DNA of 64,000 nt from a virus (IMGVR_UViG_3300007512_000009:62211-126210); one strand, 5' to 3'; counted from the first letter of the stretch, positions 52,006-60,859 are shown. Numbers and translations are program-made. Notes: generated by a model not told the origin, from the sequence alone.

Positions 52006-53946
52006 ATGTGTGAATATTTACCAACCGATTACCAGTCATTTATCCATAGAAGTAGATATGCTAGATGGATAGAAGACTTAGACAGAAGAGAAACTTGGGA
52101 AGAAACAGTTGATAGATATATAAATTTCTTTAAGGAACATCTTGGAAAAACCTTGGGTTATAAGATGAGTCCAAACGTGAAGAACGAAATTAAAAACTCA
52201 ATATTGAATCTAGAAATCATGCCTTCTATGCGTTCACTAATGACAGCAGGAGAGGCACTAAAGACGGATGCAGTATCAGGCTATAACTGTGCATACCTTG
52301 CTATTAATAGAGTACGAGCATTTGACGAAGTTCTTTATACTTTAATGTGCGGAACAGGCGTTGGTTTTAGTGTTGAACGTAACTATGTTAACAAATTACC
52401 TACTATTGCTGAAGAGTTTGAGGATTCTGACACTACTATTGTTGTTAAAGATAGCAGAATAGGTTGGTGCAAAGCATACAAAGAACTTATATCATTGCTT
52501 ATAACAGGTCAAATTCCAAAATGGGATATGACTAAAATAAGACCTTCTGGTTCTAGACTTAAGACATTCGGTGGTAGGTCTTCTGGACCAGAGAGTTTAG
52601 AAGAATTATTCAATTTTACAATTGCAACATTTAGAAAAGCAAATGGACGAAAATTAACTACAATTGAATGTCATGACTTAGTATGTAAAATTGCAGAGAT
52701 TGTAGTTGTTGGTGGTGTTCGTCGTAGTGCATTGTTATCTTTATCTTCATTAACTGATGAAAGAATGAGAGTAGCAAAAACTGGACAATGGTGGGCTATT
52801 GAACCACAACGTGCCTTATCAAACAATTCTGTTTGTTATAAAGAAAAACCAGAAATTGGTACGTTCATGGACGAATGGATTTCCCTTTATAAGTCAAAAT
52901 CTGGAGAGCGTGGTATCTTTAATAGAGAATCAGCAGAAAGAACAATTGAAAATATTGAAGGACAACGACGAGAACTAGGACATGATTGGGGATGTAATCC
53001 TTGTTCCGAAATCATACTTAGAGATAGAGAGTTCTGTAATCTTTCTGAGGTTGTGGTTAGAGAAGATGATACTGAAGAAACACTAATTAGGAAAGTTCAA
53101 CTTGCTACAATTTTAGGAACATGGCAAGCAACACTAACAGACTTCCGCTATTTATCTAAAGAGTGGAAAAACAACTGTGAAGAAGAGAGATTGCTTGGTG
53201 TATCAATGACTGGTATTATGGATTGTAAACTTACTAATGGTGATAAGAAAACAGTTGGTAAACTACCAGAGTTATTAGCAAATCTAAGAAAGACAGCAAT
53301 CAAGACAAATAAAGAATGGTCTGACAGGTTGGGTGTTAACCAGTCTGTTGCAATTACTTGTGTTAAACCTAGTGGTACAGTGTCACAGTTAGTGGATTCT
53401 GCATCAGGAATTCATGCTCGTCATTCTGAGCATTACATTAGAACAGTACGTGCAAACACAAAAGACCCGCTATGTCAGTTTATGATAGATGAAGGTTTTC
53501 CCCATGAACCTTGCCACATGAAACCAGACTCCACCATTGTTTTTTCATTCCCGATTAAATCTCCCAAAAACGCAATATTTAGAAAAGACAAAGATGCATT
53601 AGAGCAACTTGAATTATGGTTATTATATCAAAAGTATTGGTGCGAACACAAACCCAGTGTTACAATCACTGTTAAAGAACATGAATGGCTAAAAGTTGGT
53701 GCTTGGGTTTATAGTAATTTCAATAATATTTGTGGTATTTCATTTCTTCCTTATTCTGACCACAGTTACAAGCAAGCACCCTATCAAGAATGTAATAAAA
53801 AAGAATTCAACAAACTTTGCAAACAAATGCCAAAGGATGTTAACTGGACAAAACTTAGTCATTATGAGCAGGAAGATAACACGGCAGGGTCACAAACGAT
53901 GGCCTGCAGTGGTGGCTCTTGTGAGGTAGTTGATTTAACAAATTAA
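52006..53946 (+). CDS. nrdJ: Class II (B12-dependent) ribonucleotide reductase
   Basis: YQSFIHRSRYARW..RETWEETVDRY, GYNC, GCNPCSEI, FCNLSE, VKPSGT, ACSGGSCE; no small subunit nearby. Confidence 0.88.
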   Translation: MCEYLPTDYQSFIHRSRYARWIEDLDRRETWEETVDRYINFFKEHLGKTLGYKMSPNVKNEIKNSILNLEIMPSMRSLMTAGEALKTDAVSGYNCAYLAINRVRAFDEVLYTLMCGTGVGFSVERNYVNKLPTIAEEFEDSDTTIVVKDSRIGWCKAYKELISLLITGQIPKWDMTKIRPSGSRLKTFGGRSSGPESLEELFNFTIATFRKANGRKLTTIECHDLVCKIAEIVVVGGVRRSALLSLSSLTDERMRVAKTGQWWAIEPQRALSNNSVCYKEKPEIGTFMDEWISLYKSKSGERGIFNRESAERTIENIEGQRRELGHDWGCNPCSEIILRDREFCNLSEVVVREDDTEETLIRKVQLATILGTWQATLTDFRYLSKEWKNNCEEERLLGVSMTGIMDCKLTNGDKKTVGKLPELLANLRKTAIKTNKEWSDRLGVNQSVAITCVKPSGTVSQLVDSASGIHARHSEHYIRTVRANTKDPLCQFMIDEGFPHEPCHMKPDSTIVFSFPIKSPKNAIFRKDKDALEQLELWLLYQKYWCEHKPSVTITVKEHEWLKVGAWVYSNFNNICGISFLPYSDHSYKQAPYQECNKKEFNKLCKQMPKDVNWTKLSHYEQEDNTAGSQTMACSGGSCEVVDLTN

Positions 53947-53962
53947 AAATAATAAATATAAA

Positions 53963-54053
53963 GACTACCTGAAATCGGAGTTGATTTAGGGAGTCAAAGG
54001 TGCAATTACGCACCAACCTCTTTTGCCAGAGGAATAATTCTTTTAAAAGGAGA
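53963..54053 (+). ncRNA. Candidate structured 5' leader (3-4 hairpins)
   Basis: GACU.CCU.AAAUC/GAUUU.AGG.AGUC stem; GGUGC/GCACC; CCUCU/AGAGG; weak stem over AGGAG RBS. Confidence 0.5.
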
Positions 54054-54059
54054 AATATA

Positions 54060-54233
54060 ATGGCTAAATGTACAGACAGTTGCGGAACAGATGTCGTGAC
54101 AAATGCGTTAGGTAAAATCGGTGTATGCCGTAGTATGCTAATCACATTAGCACTTCTTCCATTTGCGTGGAACGGTGTTACTTGGGTTGGTAGTGCAGTT
54201 CGTGAACTTTGGGAATTGATTCAAGGCGTTTAA
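54060..54233 (+). CDS. 57-aa Cys-containing membrane/amphipathic protein
   Basis: AAGGAG RBS; MAKCTDSCG..GVCRSMLITLALLPFAWNGVTW. Confidence 0.7.
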   Translation: MAKCTDSCGTDVVTNALGKIGVCRSMLITLALLPFAWNGVTWVGSAVRELWELIQGV

Positions 54234-54266
54234 TCGTCTTGAACCTAATAAAAAGGAGATACCATT

Positions 54267-55406
54267 ATGAATATCTCAAAAATTACAAAGTTCGGTATTG
54301 CTTCATTGCTTGCAGGGATTGCATGTGGTGCGGCAGGTGCTGACACAAACACAGAACTGCAAGAACGACTTGCACGTGCAGAAGCAAGGATTGATGAACT
54401 CACTGCATCAAAAGATTCAAACTGGCTAAACGATACTCGTTCCGACGAAATTCGTTCATTAGTCCGTGATGTTCTTGCAGACGCAGACGCTCGCTCAAGC
54501 ATGATTGGTAATGGTTCACCTGTTACCTTGAATGTTCATGGTTTTTTGCAAACTCGTTGGTCGTACAATGACATCAAAACAGATGGCGTTGATACTACTC
54601 ACGGTTTCAATGTTCCACGAACACGACTTGAAGTTTCTGGTGACCTCTATGATTGGGGTTACATGGTAAGTGGTCAGTGGAATGATGGTGGAAACTTTAC
54701 CCTAATGGATGCATATGCAGATTGGGGTAACTTCCGAGTTGGTCAATTCAAGAGTCCTTTTATGAAGGAAGTTTTGACCGCACAAACAGATACACTCGCA
54801 ACCGAGCGTTCTGTTATCTCAAATCAGTTCGGTCAAGGTCGTAGTCAAGGTATTCAATACGGATACGACACCTCATTCGGTGGCGTTAGTGTTGCATATA
54901 CCGATGGATTTAATACTGCAAATGGTGCAGGAGTCCAAAATGGTTACGCACTTACTGGTCGTGTTGATTTCAGTCCTACTAATTGGTTGAGTGCTGGCGT
55001 TGCTGTTTCACACAACGACCTAGACACAACTGATTATAACACGTGGACTGCTGATGCAACATTTAGTGCAGGTGGATTTGATTTCACTGGTGCTTATGTA
55101 GCAACAATGGATGACACTAATGGCGATGATTGGGGTACAGTCTGGACAGCATCATATGATGTAACAGACAAAGCACAATTGTTCGGTCAATATGAAGTTG
55201 GACACCTTGAAGGTGTTGCAACTGATTTGAAAATTGCCACATTTGGTGTTAATTATGCATTCAATAGCAATGTTAAATGGACAACCGACGTAGGTTATGC
55301 ATTTGACAGCGTTGATGCAGGATGGAACTTGGGAACTAGTGGTTGGAATACAACCGCAAATGAAGGTGAAACCCTTATTCGCTCCCAACTCCAAGTTAAA
55401 TTTTAA
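54267..55406 (+). CDS. Outer-membrane porin, OprO/OprP-like, with N-terminal coiled coil
   Basis: Signal peptide; PRTRLEVSG, LMDAY, RVGQFKSPF, ERS motifs; beta strands; C-terminal QLQVKF. Confidence 0.85.
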   Translation: MNISKITKFGIASLLAGIACGAAGADTNTELQERLARAEARIDELTASKDSNWLNDTRSDEIRSLVRDVLADADARSSMIGNGSPVTLNVHGFLQTRWSYNDIKTDGVDTTHGFNVPRTRLEVSGDLYDWGYMVSGQWNDGGNFTLMDAYADWGNFRVGQFKSPFMKEVLTAQTDTLATERSVISNQFGQGRSQGIQYGYDTSFGGVSVAYTDGFNTANGAGVQNGYALTGRVDFSPTNWLSAGVAVSHNDLDTTDYNTWTADATFSAGGFDFTGAYVATMDDTNGDDWGTVWTASYDVTDKAQLFGQYEVGHLEGVATDLKIATFGVNYAFNSNVKWTTDVGYAFDSVDAGWNLGTSGWNTTANEGETLIRSQLQVKF

Positions 55407-55434
55407 TATAACAGGAAATTCCTGATAATAAATT

Positions 55435-55469
55435 ACAGCCCCTTAGATTCGTCTGGGGGCTGTTTTTTT
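55435..55469 (+). terminator. Rho-independent terminator after porin
   Basis: ACAGCCCCT.AGA-ttcg-TCTGGGGGCTGT then T run. Confidence 0.88.
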
Positions 55470-55476
55470 ATACATA
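55469..55476 (+). promoter_or_regulatory. Late promoter variant TATACATA upstream of 55521
   Basis: Directly after terminator, same arrangement as at 13858. Confidence 0.65.
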
Positions 55477-55520
55477 ATGTATATGACCTTATAAACTACT
55501 AATATAAAGAAGAACGATTT

Positions 55521-56132
55521 ATGAAAGACCCTATGAAAGACCCTAACAAACAACTTAGAAATCTAACTGAAGCAGTTAATAACCTTTATGAGGCAATCCC
55601 TGTGCACCCAACAGCACCATATGGGCCGGGAAACGGTTATGAGTATGACCCAATACGAAAGCAATCAGTACCAATTGACCCAGACGACGGTGGGGATGGT
55701 AATGGTGATGGCGGTTGCCAAACTCAAGCATGTTGGGATGAAATACTTGCTGAAATTGACGAAATTGTTCGATTAGCCTGTGCTAACGGTGAAACAGCAC
55801 AATGTCAACAAGCAAGGGCTGCACAGAAAGAGGCGTGGATGGCATATTATAATTGGTTATTGGGTGGTGGCGGTGGTGACCCACCTGCACCCACGGATAT
55901 TACAGAAACACCGATTATAACCCCCAATACCGTGGATTATTTACAAAATAATCCTATGCCTGAACGGCCGCATCTATATCACCCAACAGGTCGCAGACCA
56001 AAAGATTTGCAGTATAATGATGATTTAATGGATTGGTTTCAAGGTTGGGTTGATTCAATGTCTGAAGACCAGAAAGAAATGTTACTATGGATTATTCCTA
56101 AATTAATCACATTACAAAATATAGCGCCATAA
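55521..56132 (+). CDS. G/P/D-rich late protein, possible internal head protein
   Basis: 203-aa ORF after late promoter; LTEA and LYEA near N-terminus. Confidence 0.55.
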   Translation: MKDPMKDPNKQLRNLTEAVNNLYEAIPVHPTAPYGPGNGYEYDPIRKQSVPIDPDDGGDGNGDGGCQTQACWDEILAEIDEIVRLACANGETAQCQQARAAQKEAWMAYYNWLLGGGGGDPPAPTDITETPIITPNTVDYLQNNPMPERPHLYHPTGRRPKDLQYNDDLMDWFQGWVDSMSEDQKEMLLWIIPKLITLQNIAP

Positions 56133-56168
56133 TGTACGAATATACCCACAATTTAAGGTTAAAATTTT

Positions 56169-56882
56169 ATGACTCTACAAAACAAAATTTATCAACAACG
56201 AATCACTGAGGCACTAGGTGCAGGTGGCAATGCAGGAATTGGTCAACAAGAACCAAACTTTTTCCAACAGGCACCAAAACCTACTAGACCAAATTGGGAA
56301 TTCCCAAGTCCTAGAGGGCCAGCAAATCAAACAAGAGGGTTGTATAGCGGTGGTGGTTTGTCTGGTATAGATGGACTACCAGTTACTGAAGAATGGCAAA
56401 ACCAATGGGATAAATGGATAAACTCTGGTGCGGCAAGTGGTGCACCAATGCCTTGGCCACCACAATTCCAAGGTATGTTTGAAAACAATGATGCCTTTGA
56501 TTTCCACCCAGATAACCCACACTCTGGGAATATGTATTGGAATTCCGTTTTTAACTGGTTATTTGGGGAAACTGGTGGTGACAATGCATCATGGGGTAAT
56601 GGGGCATTACAACAGATGATTGATGCAGGATACACTGATTTAGGTCAATACGGTGGGAATATAGACTGGGATATTGTTCAAGACTTACTGGGCGGTTCAA
56701 ATCTTTACAGTGCTTGGTTTGTTATGTTAATGTTTGGTGACCCAAACAATCCACAGTATGCAATACTCGAAAATTGGTTTAACCAAATGTTGAGCCAAAA
56801 CCCAACGTATCATCATTTGCTGATGATATGGACATATCTGGGACAGCAATTGCCTGACTTATTCAACCCACAAAATATATAA
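56169..56882 (+). CDS. G/N/Q/W-rich late protein, possible internal head protein
   Basis: 237-aa ORF; MTLQNKIYQQRITEA leader. Confidence 0.55.
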   Translation: MTLQNKIYQQRITEALGAGGNAGIGQQEPNFFQQAPKPTRPNWEFPSPRGPANQTRGLYSGGGLSGIDGLPVTEEWQNQWDKWINSGAASGAPMPWPPQFQGMFENNDAFDFHPDNPHSGNMYWNSVFNWLFGETGGDNASWGNGALQQMIDAGYTDLGQYGGNIDWDIVQDLLGGSNLYSAWFVMLMFGDPNNPQYAILENWFNQMLSQNPTYHHLLMIWTYLGQQLPDLFNPQNI

Positions 56883-56966
56883 GAAAATCATATGCCCAAA
56901 CCCCCTTCCTGATATCAGGGAAGCATATACTGACGACTGTATGTCAGTGGATATAGATTATATGGG

Positions 56967-56995
56967 TTGACAGAAAACGTCAGGCATGGTATAAT
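56967..56995 (+). promoter_or_regulatory. Sigma70-type promoter (leaderless) for the VWA protein
   Basis: TTGACA-17-TGgTATAAT, ATG 6 nt downstream. Confidence 0.85.
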
Positions 56996-57001
56996 GGGTG
57001 T

Positions 57002-59314
57002 ATGAGAAAAACTACAAACACTATTAATACCGCCTCCAAAGATATTCTTGCTAAAGCCATGGCTATGGAAGGGATATCTGTCCAACATAGCGTAAACGCT
57101 GAAACAGCATACTTTGATACCAAAGCCCGTGTACTCGTTCTTCCAGTTTGGGAAGATATGACCAACGACATATATGATATGCTAGTTGGTCACGAAGTGT
57201 CACATGCACTTCATACACCTGCAGATGGTTGGTCTGACTTTGTTGGTAAAGACAAATTTTCAGGTATGCGTCATCAATTCTTAAATGTAGTTGAAGATGC
57301 TCGTATCGAACGATTAATCAAAGATAAATTTCCCGGCATTCGTCGCAACTTTTCAAATGCATACAAGCAATTTGCTGACCGTGACATGTTCGAAATTGAA
57401 GGTAAAGACCTTACAACACTACCACTTCTTGACCGATTGAACATCGAGTTCAAACTTGGTCTATATGGTCATGCTGATGTTGAATTCTCTGCAGACGAGC
57501 AACAATATGTTGAGCGAATGCGGGACACCAAGACAATGGAAGAAGTAGTCGCACTTTCAAGCGATTTGTTCGACCTATGGTTGGAACAACAACCACTTGA
57601 ACCAGACCAAGATGGTCAACACCAAATGGAAAGTGGTGCTGATAGCGAATCTGGTGATTCTGCTGAGTCTGGTTCAGAAGATTGGCAAGATGCAATGAAT
57701 CAACAAGACGAATCGCAATCACAATCTGGTGAAGGTGACGAATCAACCGATGCTTCTGGTGACAGCACTGAATCGGGTGACGAAGATGGTGAAGAAACTG
57801 GTGGTTCATCCAACACTGGTGAAGGTGAAGATTCTGGTGAGTCAATGGAAGATGATACTGATGATGGTGAAAGTGCTGACTCTGAGCAAAGCGATTCATC
57901 TGATGATGGTGCTGAACAAAATGACCTAGGTTATGATGACTACAGCAGTGACCCATGTGGTCAAACACAACGTGCCTTCGACCAAGGTGTTAAAGACATG
58001 CGTGACCAAGAGCAAACTAGAGAATACGAATATCACAAACTTCCTGAGTTTAAACTTGAAAACGTTATTATAGACTACCCTGAAATTGACCGTCAATTTG
58101 TTGAATTCAATGCAGACAACGCTGATAGAATTTCACATTGTCGTGTTCAAGGGGAATGTCTTACCAAATGTGATGAATTCCTTCGCAAATCACGACCAGT
58201 TGTAAACCATATGGTTCAACAATTCATGATGAAGCAAGCAGCCGAAGCAAACAAGAAGACTGAAATCTCAAAGACTGGTATTCTTGACACAGTTTCAATG
58301 ATTAATTACCGTTGGAGTGAAGATATCTTCGTAAAGAATGAAACTCATCCAGACGGTAAAAGTCACGGACTAGTAATGTTCCTTGATTGGTCTGGTTCAA
58401 TGTCTAACATCCTTGAAGATACAGTCGAGCAAATGCTAGTTCTTACTGAATTCTGCAACAAGATGCAAATTCCGTTTGAAGTCTACGCATTTTCATCATC
58501 ATATAGTAGCAGAAATGAAGACAAACCACAACCACAATATGTTGCGAGTGATGACGATTCAGTTCTTAGACCTCACCATTTCAACCTACTCAACTTCCTC
58601 TCAAGCAGAATGAACAAGCGAGAGTACAAGCAAGCAGTACACAACCTATGGTTGTTGGGTGCATCAAACGCTTACAATAGTACATACAGGTACGTTAGAA
58701 CCCCTCGCCAATTCTCCACTGGTTGCACACCTTTAAACGAAGCAATCATTGCAGGATTGGAAATCATCCCTGCATTCCAACGACAAAATGACATTCAAAT
58801 CGTAAATACAGTTGTCCTTTCAGACGGTGACGGTCACTCAATGGGTGCATACGGTTACTGTAGTGGTAAATCTTTCATTACTGAACCAAATACTCGAAAA
58901 AACATTGAAATTAAAAATAACCACGGTAGGTCTGAAACAGCCGCATACCTTCAAATTTTGAAGAGTCAAACTGGTTGCAACATCATCGGAATTAAATTGT
59001 ATGATGGTCGAAGAATTGACAACATGCGATACCGATACTTCATCACTGACGGTGTTGTGGATGAAAAAGCAATGAACAAAGCAGCCGGACTATGGAAGAC
59101 ACAAAACTTCTTTAGCATTAAAGGTGAAAATGCAGAAGGTTGTGACGAGTTGTTCGTAGTACAAGGTAGTCTTAAAGTTGAAACAGATGTCCTTGCTAAA
59201 CTTGATGAAGATGCAAGTCTTGCAAAAGTACGCAACGCATTCGTTAAAGGTAACAGCACGAAGAAATCCTCACGAGTTATCGCAACTAAACTGATTGACC
59301 TAATCGCAGTATAA
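57002..59314 (+). CDS. Metallopeptidase-like (HExxH) + acidic linker + VWA domain protein (CobT-like)
   Basis: LVGHEVSH, NVVEDARIE; D/E/S/G linker; MIDAS LDWSGSM, GCTPLNEA, LSDGDG. Confidence 0.82.
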   Translation: MRKTTNTINTASKDILAKAMAMEGISVQHSVNAETAYFDTKARVLVLPVWEDMTNDIYDMLVGHEVSHALHTPADGWSDFVGKDKFSGMRHQFLNVVEDARIERLIKDKFPGIRRNFSNAYKQFADRDMFEIEGKDLTTLPLLDRLNIEFKLGLYGHADVEFSADEQQYVERMRDTKTMEEVVALSSDLFDLWLEQQPLEPDQDGQHQMESGADSESGDSAESGSEDWQDAMNQQDESQSQSGEGDESTDASGDSTESGDEDGEETGGSSNTGEGEDSGESMEDDTDDGESADSEQSDSSDDGAEQNDLGYDDYSSDPCGQTQRAFDQGVKDMRDQEQTREYEYHKLPEFKLENVIIDYPEIDRQFVEFNADNADRISHCRVQGECLTKCDEFLRKSRPVVNHMVQQFMMKQAAEANKKTEISKTGILDTVSMINYRWSEDIFVKNETHPDGKSHGLVMFLDWSGSMSNILEDTVEQMLVLTEFCNKMQIPFEVYAFSSSYSSRNEDKPQPQYVASDDDSVLRPHHFNLLNFLSSRMNKREYKQAVHNLWLLGASNAYNSTYRYVRTPRQFSTGCTPLNEAIIAGLEIIPAFQRQNDIQIVNTVVLSDGDGHSMGAYGYCSGKSFITEPNTRKNIEIKNNHGRSETAAYLQILKSQTGCNIIGIKLYDGRRIDNMRYRYFITDGVVDEKAMNKAAGLWKTQNFFSIKGENAEGCDELFVVQGSLKVETDVLAKLDEDASLAKVRNAFVKGNSTKKSSRVIATKLIDLIAV

Positions 59315-59323
59315 TTTTCTCAT

Positions 59324-59361
59324 CGCAGGGTAGGTGGATGTTCCACCTGCTCTGTGTTTTT
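59324..59361 (+). terminator. Terminator hairpin after the VWA gene
   Basis: 15-bp stem CGCAGGGTAGGTGGA/TCCACCTGCTCTGTG (3 G-U) followed by T5. Confidence 0.82.
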
Positions 59362-59378
59362 AAAAAAAGGACAACATA

Positions 59379-59516
59379 ATGCTTACAGCAACAGAAATAT
59401 CAATAGTTCTCATGTTAATTGAAAGATATAATAATATTGACAGTGAATGGGACAACACAATAAAAGAAATAAAAAGAAAACTGGAAACAATGCAAATAGC
59501 CAGTTCTGAAGGATGA
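59379..59516 (+). CDS. Small hypothetical protein (45 aa)
   Basis: AAGGA RBS; MLTATEISIVLMLIERY... Confidence 0.45.
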   Translation: MLTATEISIVLMLIERYNNIDSEWDNTIKEIKRKLETMQIASSEG

Positions 59517-59779
59517 TAATGAATACCCCAGAAATACATCCAACATTAACACTAATCCACCCTAAAGATGGGTCTACCATAGATGCAGTATTTCAAAATG
59601 TACCAATGACTGATGTTCCCTTTTGGAATGTCGATGTTTATGTTGATGAAGACTACCAACACAAGTCTAGTCAAAAAGAATTAACTATAGAAGAAGCAAG
59701 AAAGTGGTGGAACACGTTAGTGAAAAAAGGGTACACCCGAAAAACCAAAGGACAATGGACGGAGTTACGTTTACCATGA
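59513..59779 (+). CDS. Hypothetical protein
   Basis: ORF in a tightly packed overlapping run. Confidence 0.5.
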   Translation: MIMNTPEIHPTLTLIHPKDGSTIDAVFQNVPMTDVPFWNVDVYVDEDYQHKSSQKELTIEEARKWWNTLVKKGYTRKTKGQWTELRLP

Positions 59780-60036
59780 ACCCTTATTATCCCAAAGACT
59801 ATAGACAAGCATGTGCAGAAGGTAGGGGATGCGTACCAAAAGCGAGATATCTATTAGTACACGACTCCTGTGAAGAAGCAGGTATATGGAAGGTAGTATT
59901 TGAGGTTTATAACGGTAATACAGTTGCGATACGCAAATATGAGAATGATGAGTTATGCTCTACTTCCAACCATACCCATAAAGATGCACGACGAATTTGG
60001 AAAAATGAAGTTAAAAAAGGTTTTATAAAAGCATGA
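59776..60036 (+). CDS. Hypothetical protein
   Basis: Start chosen at ATG overlapping previous stop (MNPYYPKDY). Confidence 0.5.
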   Translation: MNPYYPKDYRQACAEGRGCVPKARYLLVHDSCEEAGIWKVVFEVYNGNTVAIRKYENDELCSTSNHTHKDARRIWKNEVKKGFIKA

Positions 60037-60623
60037 AAGAAATAAAAGCAAAATTTGCAATAGGAATACTAGTCGTACTTATCGGGTATATATTTTATCT
60101 GTTTGTAATGGTCGGGTGTTCAAGTAAAACAGAAAAACCTATTGAACACCAACCGATTGACACGGTGAGTCAAAAACAAGAAAAACCGCAAATGGTAGTG
60201 AACTATGAAGCACTAAGGGAGTTTTATCCTGAGGAGTTTGACACAATAATGGAGGCTGCTAAAGCAAATGGTTGTACCAGACCTGAGTTAATATGTATTT
60301 TATTTGCAATACGTACTGCTGAAAACGGACGAAAAGGTATTGAATTCGGTGTATTACACCCAAGAGCAGTAGACCAACCGAATTCTTTAAGAGTGCAAGC
60401 AGGTTGGTGTGCCGCAACTATATCTAAAAATTATAAAAGGTGGATTGAATCCACACAAAATCCTCCTAATGCAATTCTAAAACCATACAGTGATTTTATA
60501 ACTTTTTTGGGTAACCGATATTGTCCAGTAGGAGCAGATAATGACCCCAATGGTTTAAACAAGCATTGGATTCCTAATGTTTGGGAAATTACTATTCGGA
60601 ATGTTTATGCCATATATAAATAA
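60033..60623 (+). CDS. Membrane-anchored/lipoprotein lysozyme-superfamily hydrolase (putative)
   Basis: N-terminal TM ending MVGC; AIRTAENG with possible catalytic Glu; RYCPVGADNDPNGLNKHWIPNV resembles phage glucosaminidase-like C-termini. Confidence 0.55.
   Translation: MKEIKAKFAIGILVVLIGYIFYLFVMVGCSSKTEKPIEHQPIDTVSQKQEKPQMVVNYEALREFYPEEFDTIMEAAKANGCTRPELICILFAIRTAENGRKGIEFGVLHPRAVDQPNSLRVQAGWCAATISKNYKRWIESTQNPPNAILKPYSDFITFLGNRYCPVGADNDPNGLNKHWIPNVWEITIRNVYAIYK
60615..60622 (+). promoter_or_regulatory. Late promoter TATAAATA
   Basis: Exact consensus upstream of 60674. Confidence 0.6.
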
Positions 60624-60652
60624 TTTTAAGAAAAAAGCCTCTGTGATACAAT
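60624..60652 (+). promoter_or_regulatory. Sigma70-type promoter (GCC class, poor -35)
   Basis: TTTTAA-gaaaaaAGCCtctgTGa-TACAAT. Confidence 0.65.
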
Positions 60653-60673
60653 AAACAAAAAAGGAATGATACC

Positions 60674-60859
60674 ATGTCAAAGACAAAATATTATGACAGT
60701 AAAAAAGACCCATTATTAAATACTAATGAAAATATTGAGAACTGGAATAAAAATTCAGCAGGTAAGGGTAGCAAACGTAGACTAACTGACGAGCAAAAGT
60801 ATAGAAATAATTATGATAAAATTTTTAACAAAGATAAGATGAAAGCGAGTAAAAAATGA
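60674..60859 (+). CDS. Small basic hypothetical protein
   Basis: SAGKGSKRR..KYRNNYDKIF motif common in small phage ORFs; AAGGA RBS. Confidence 0.6.
   Translation: MSKTKYYDSKKDPLLNTNENIENWNKNSAGKGSKRRLTDEQKYRNNYDKIFNKDKMKASKK

Noticed and set aside
52006-53946. Class I RNR alpha subunit (nrdA)
   Set aside because: No nrdB nearby, no ATP cone, and the N-terminus fits phage class II enzymes; a phylogeny would settle it.
55521-55544. 12-bp tandem duplication ATGAAAGACCCT x2 at a start codon
   Set aside because: A simple slippage duplication that only shifts the start by four codons.
57450-57968. 172-aa His-rich minus-strand ORF
   Set aside because: Antisense shadow of the Asp/Gly/Ser-rich linker of the VWA gene (GAT/GGT read as CAT/ACC); no promoter or RBS.
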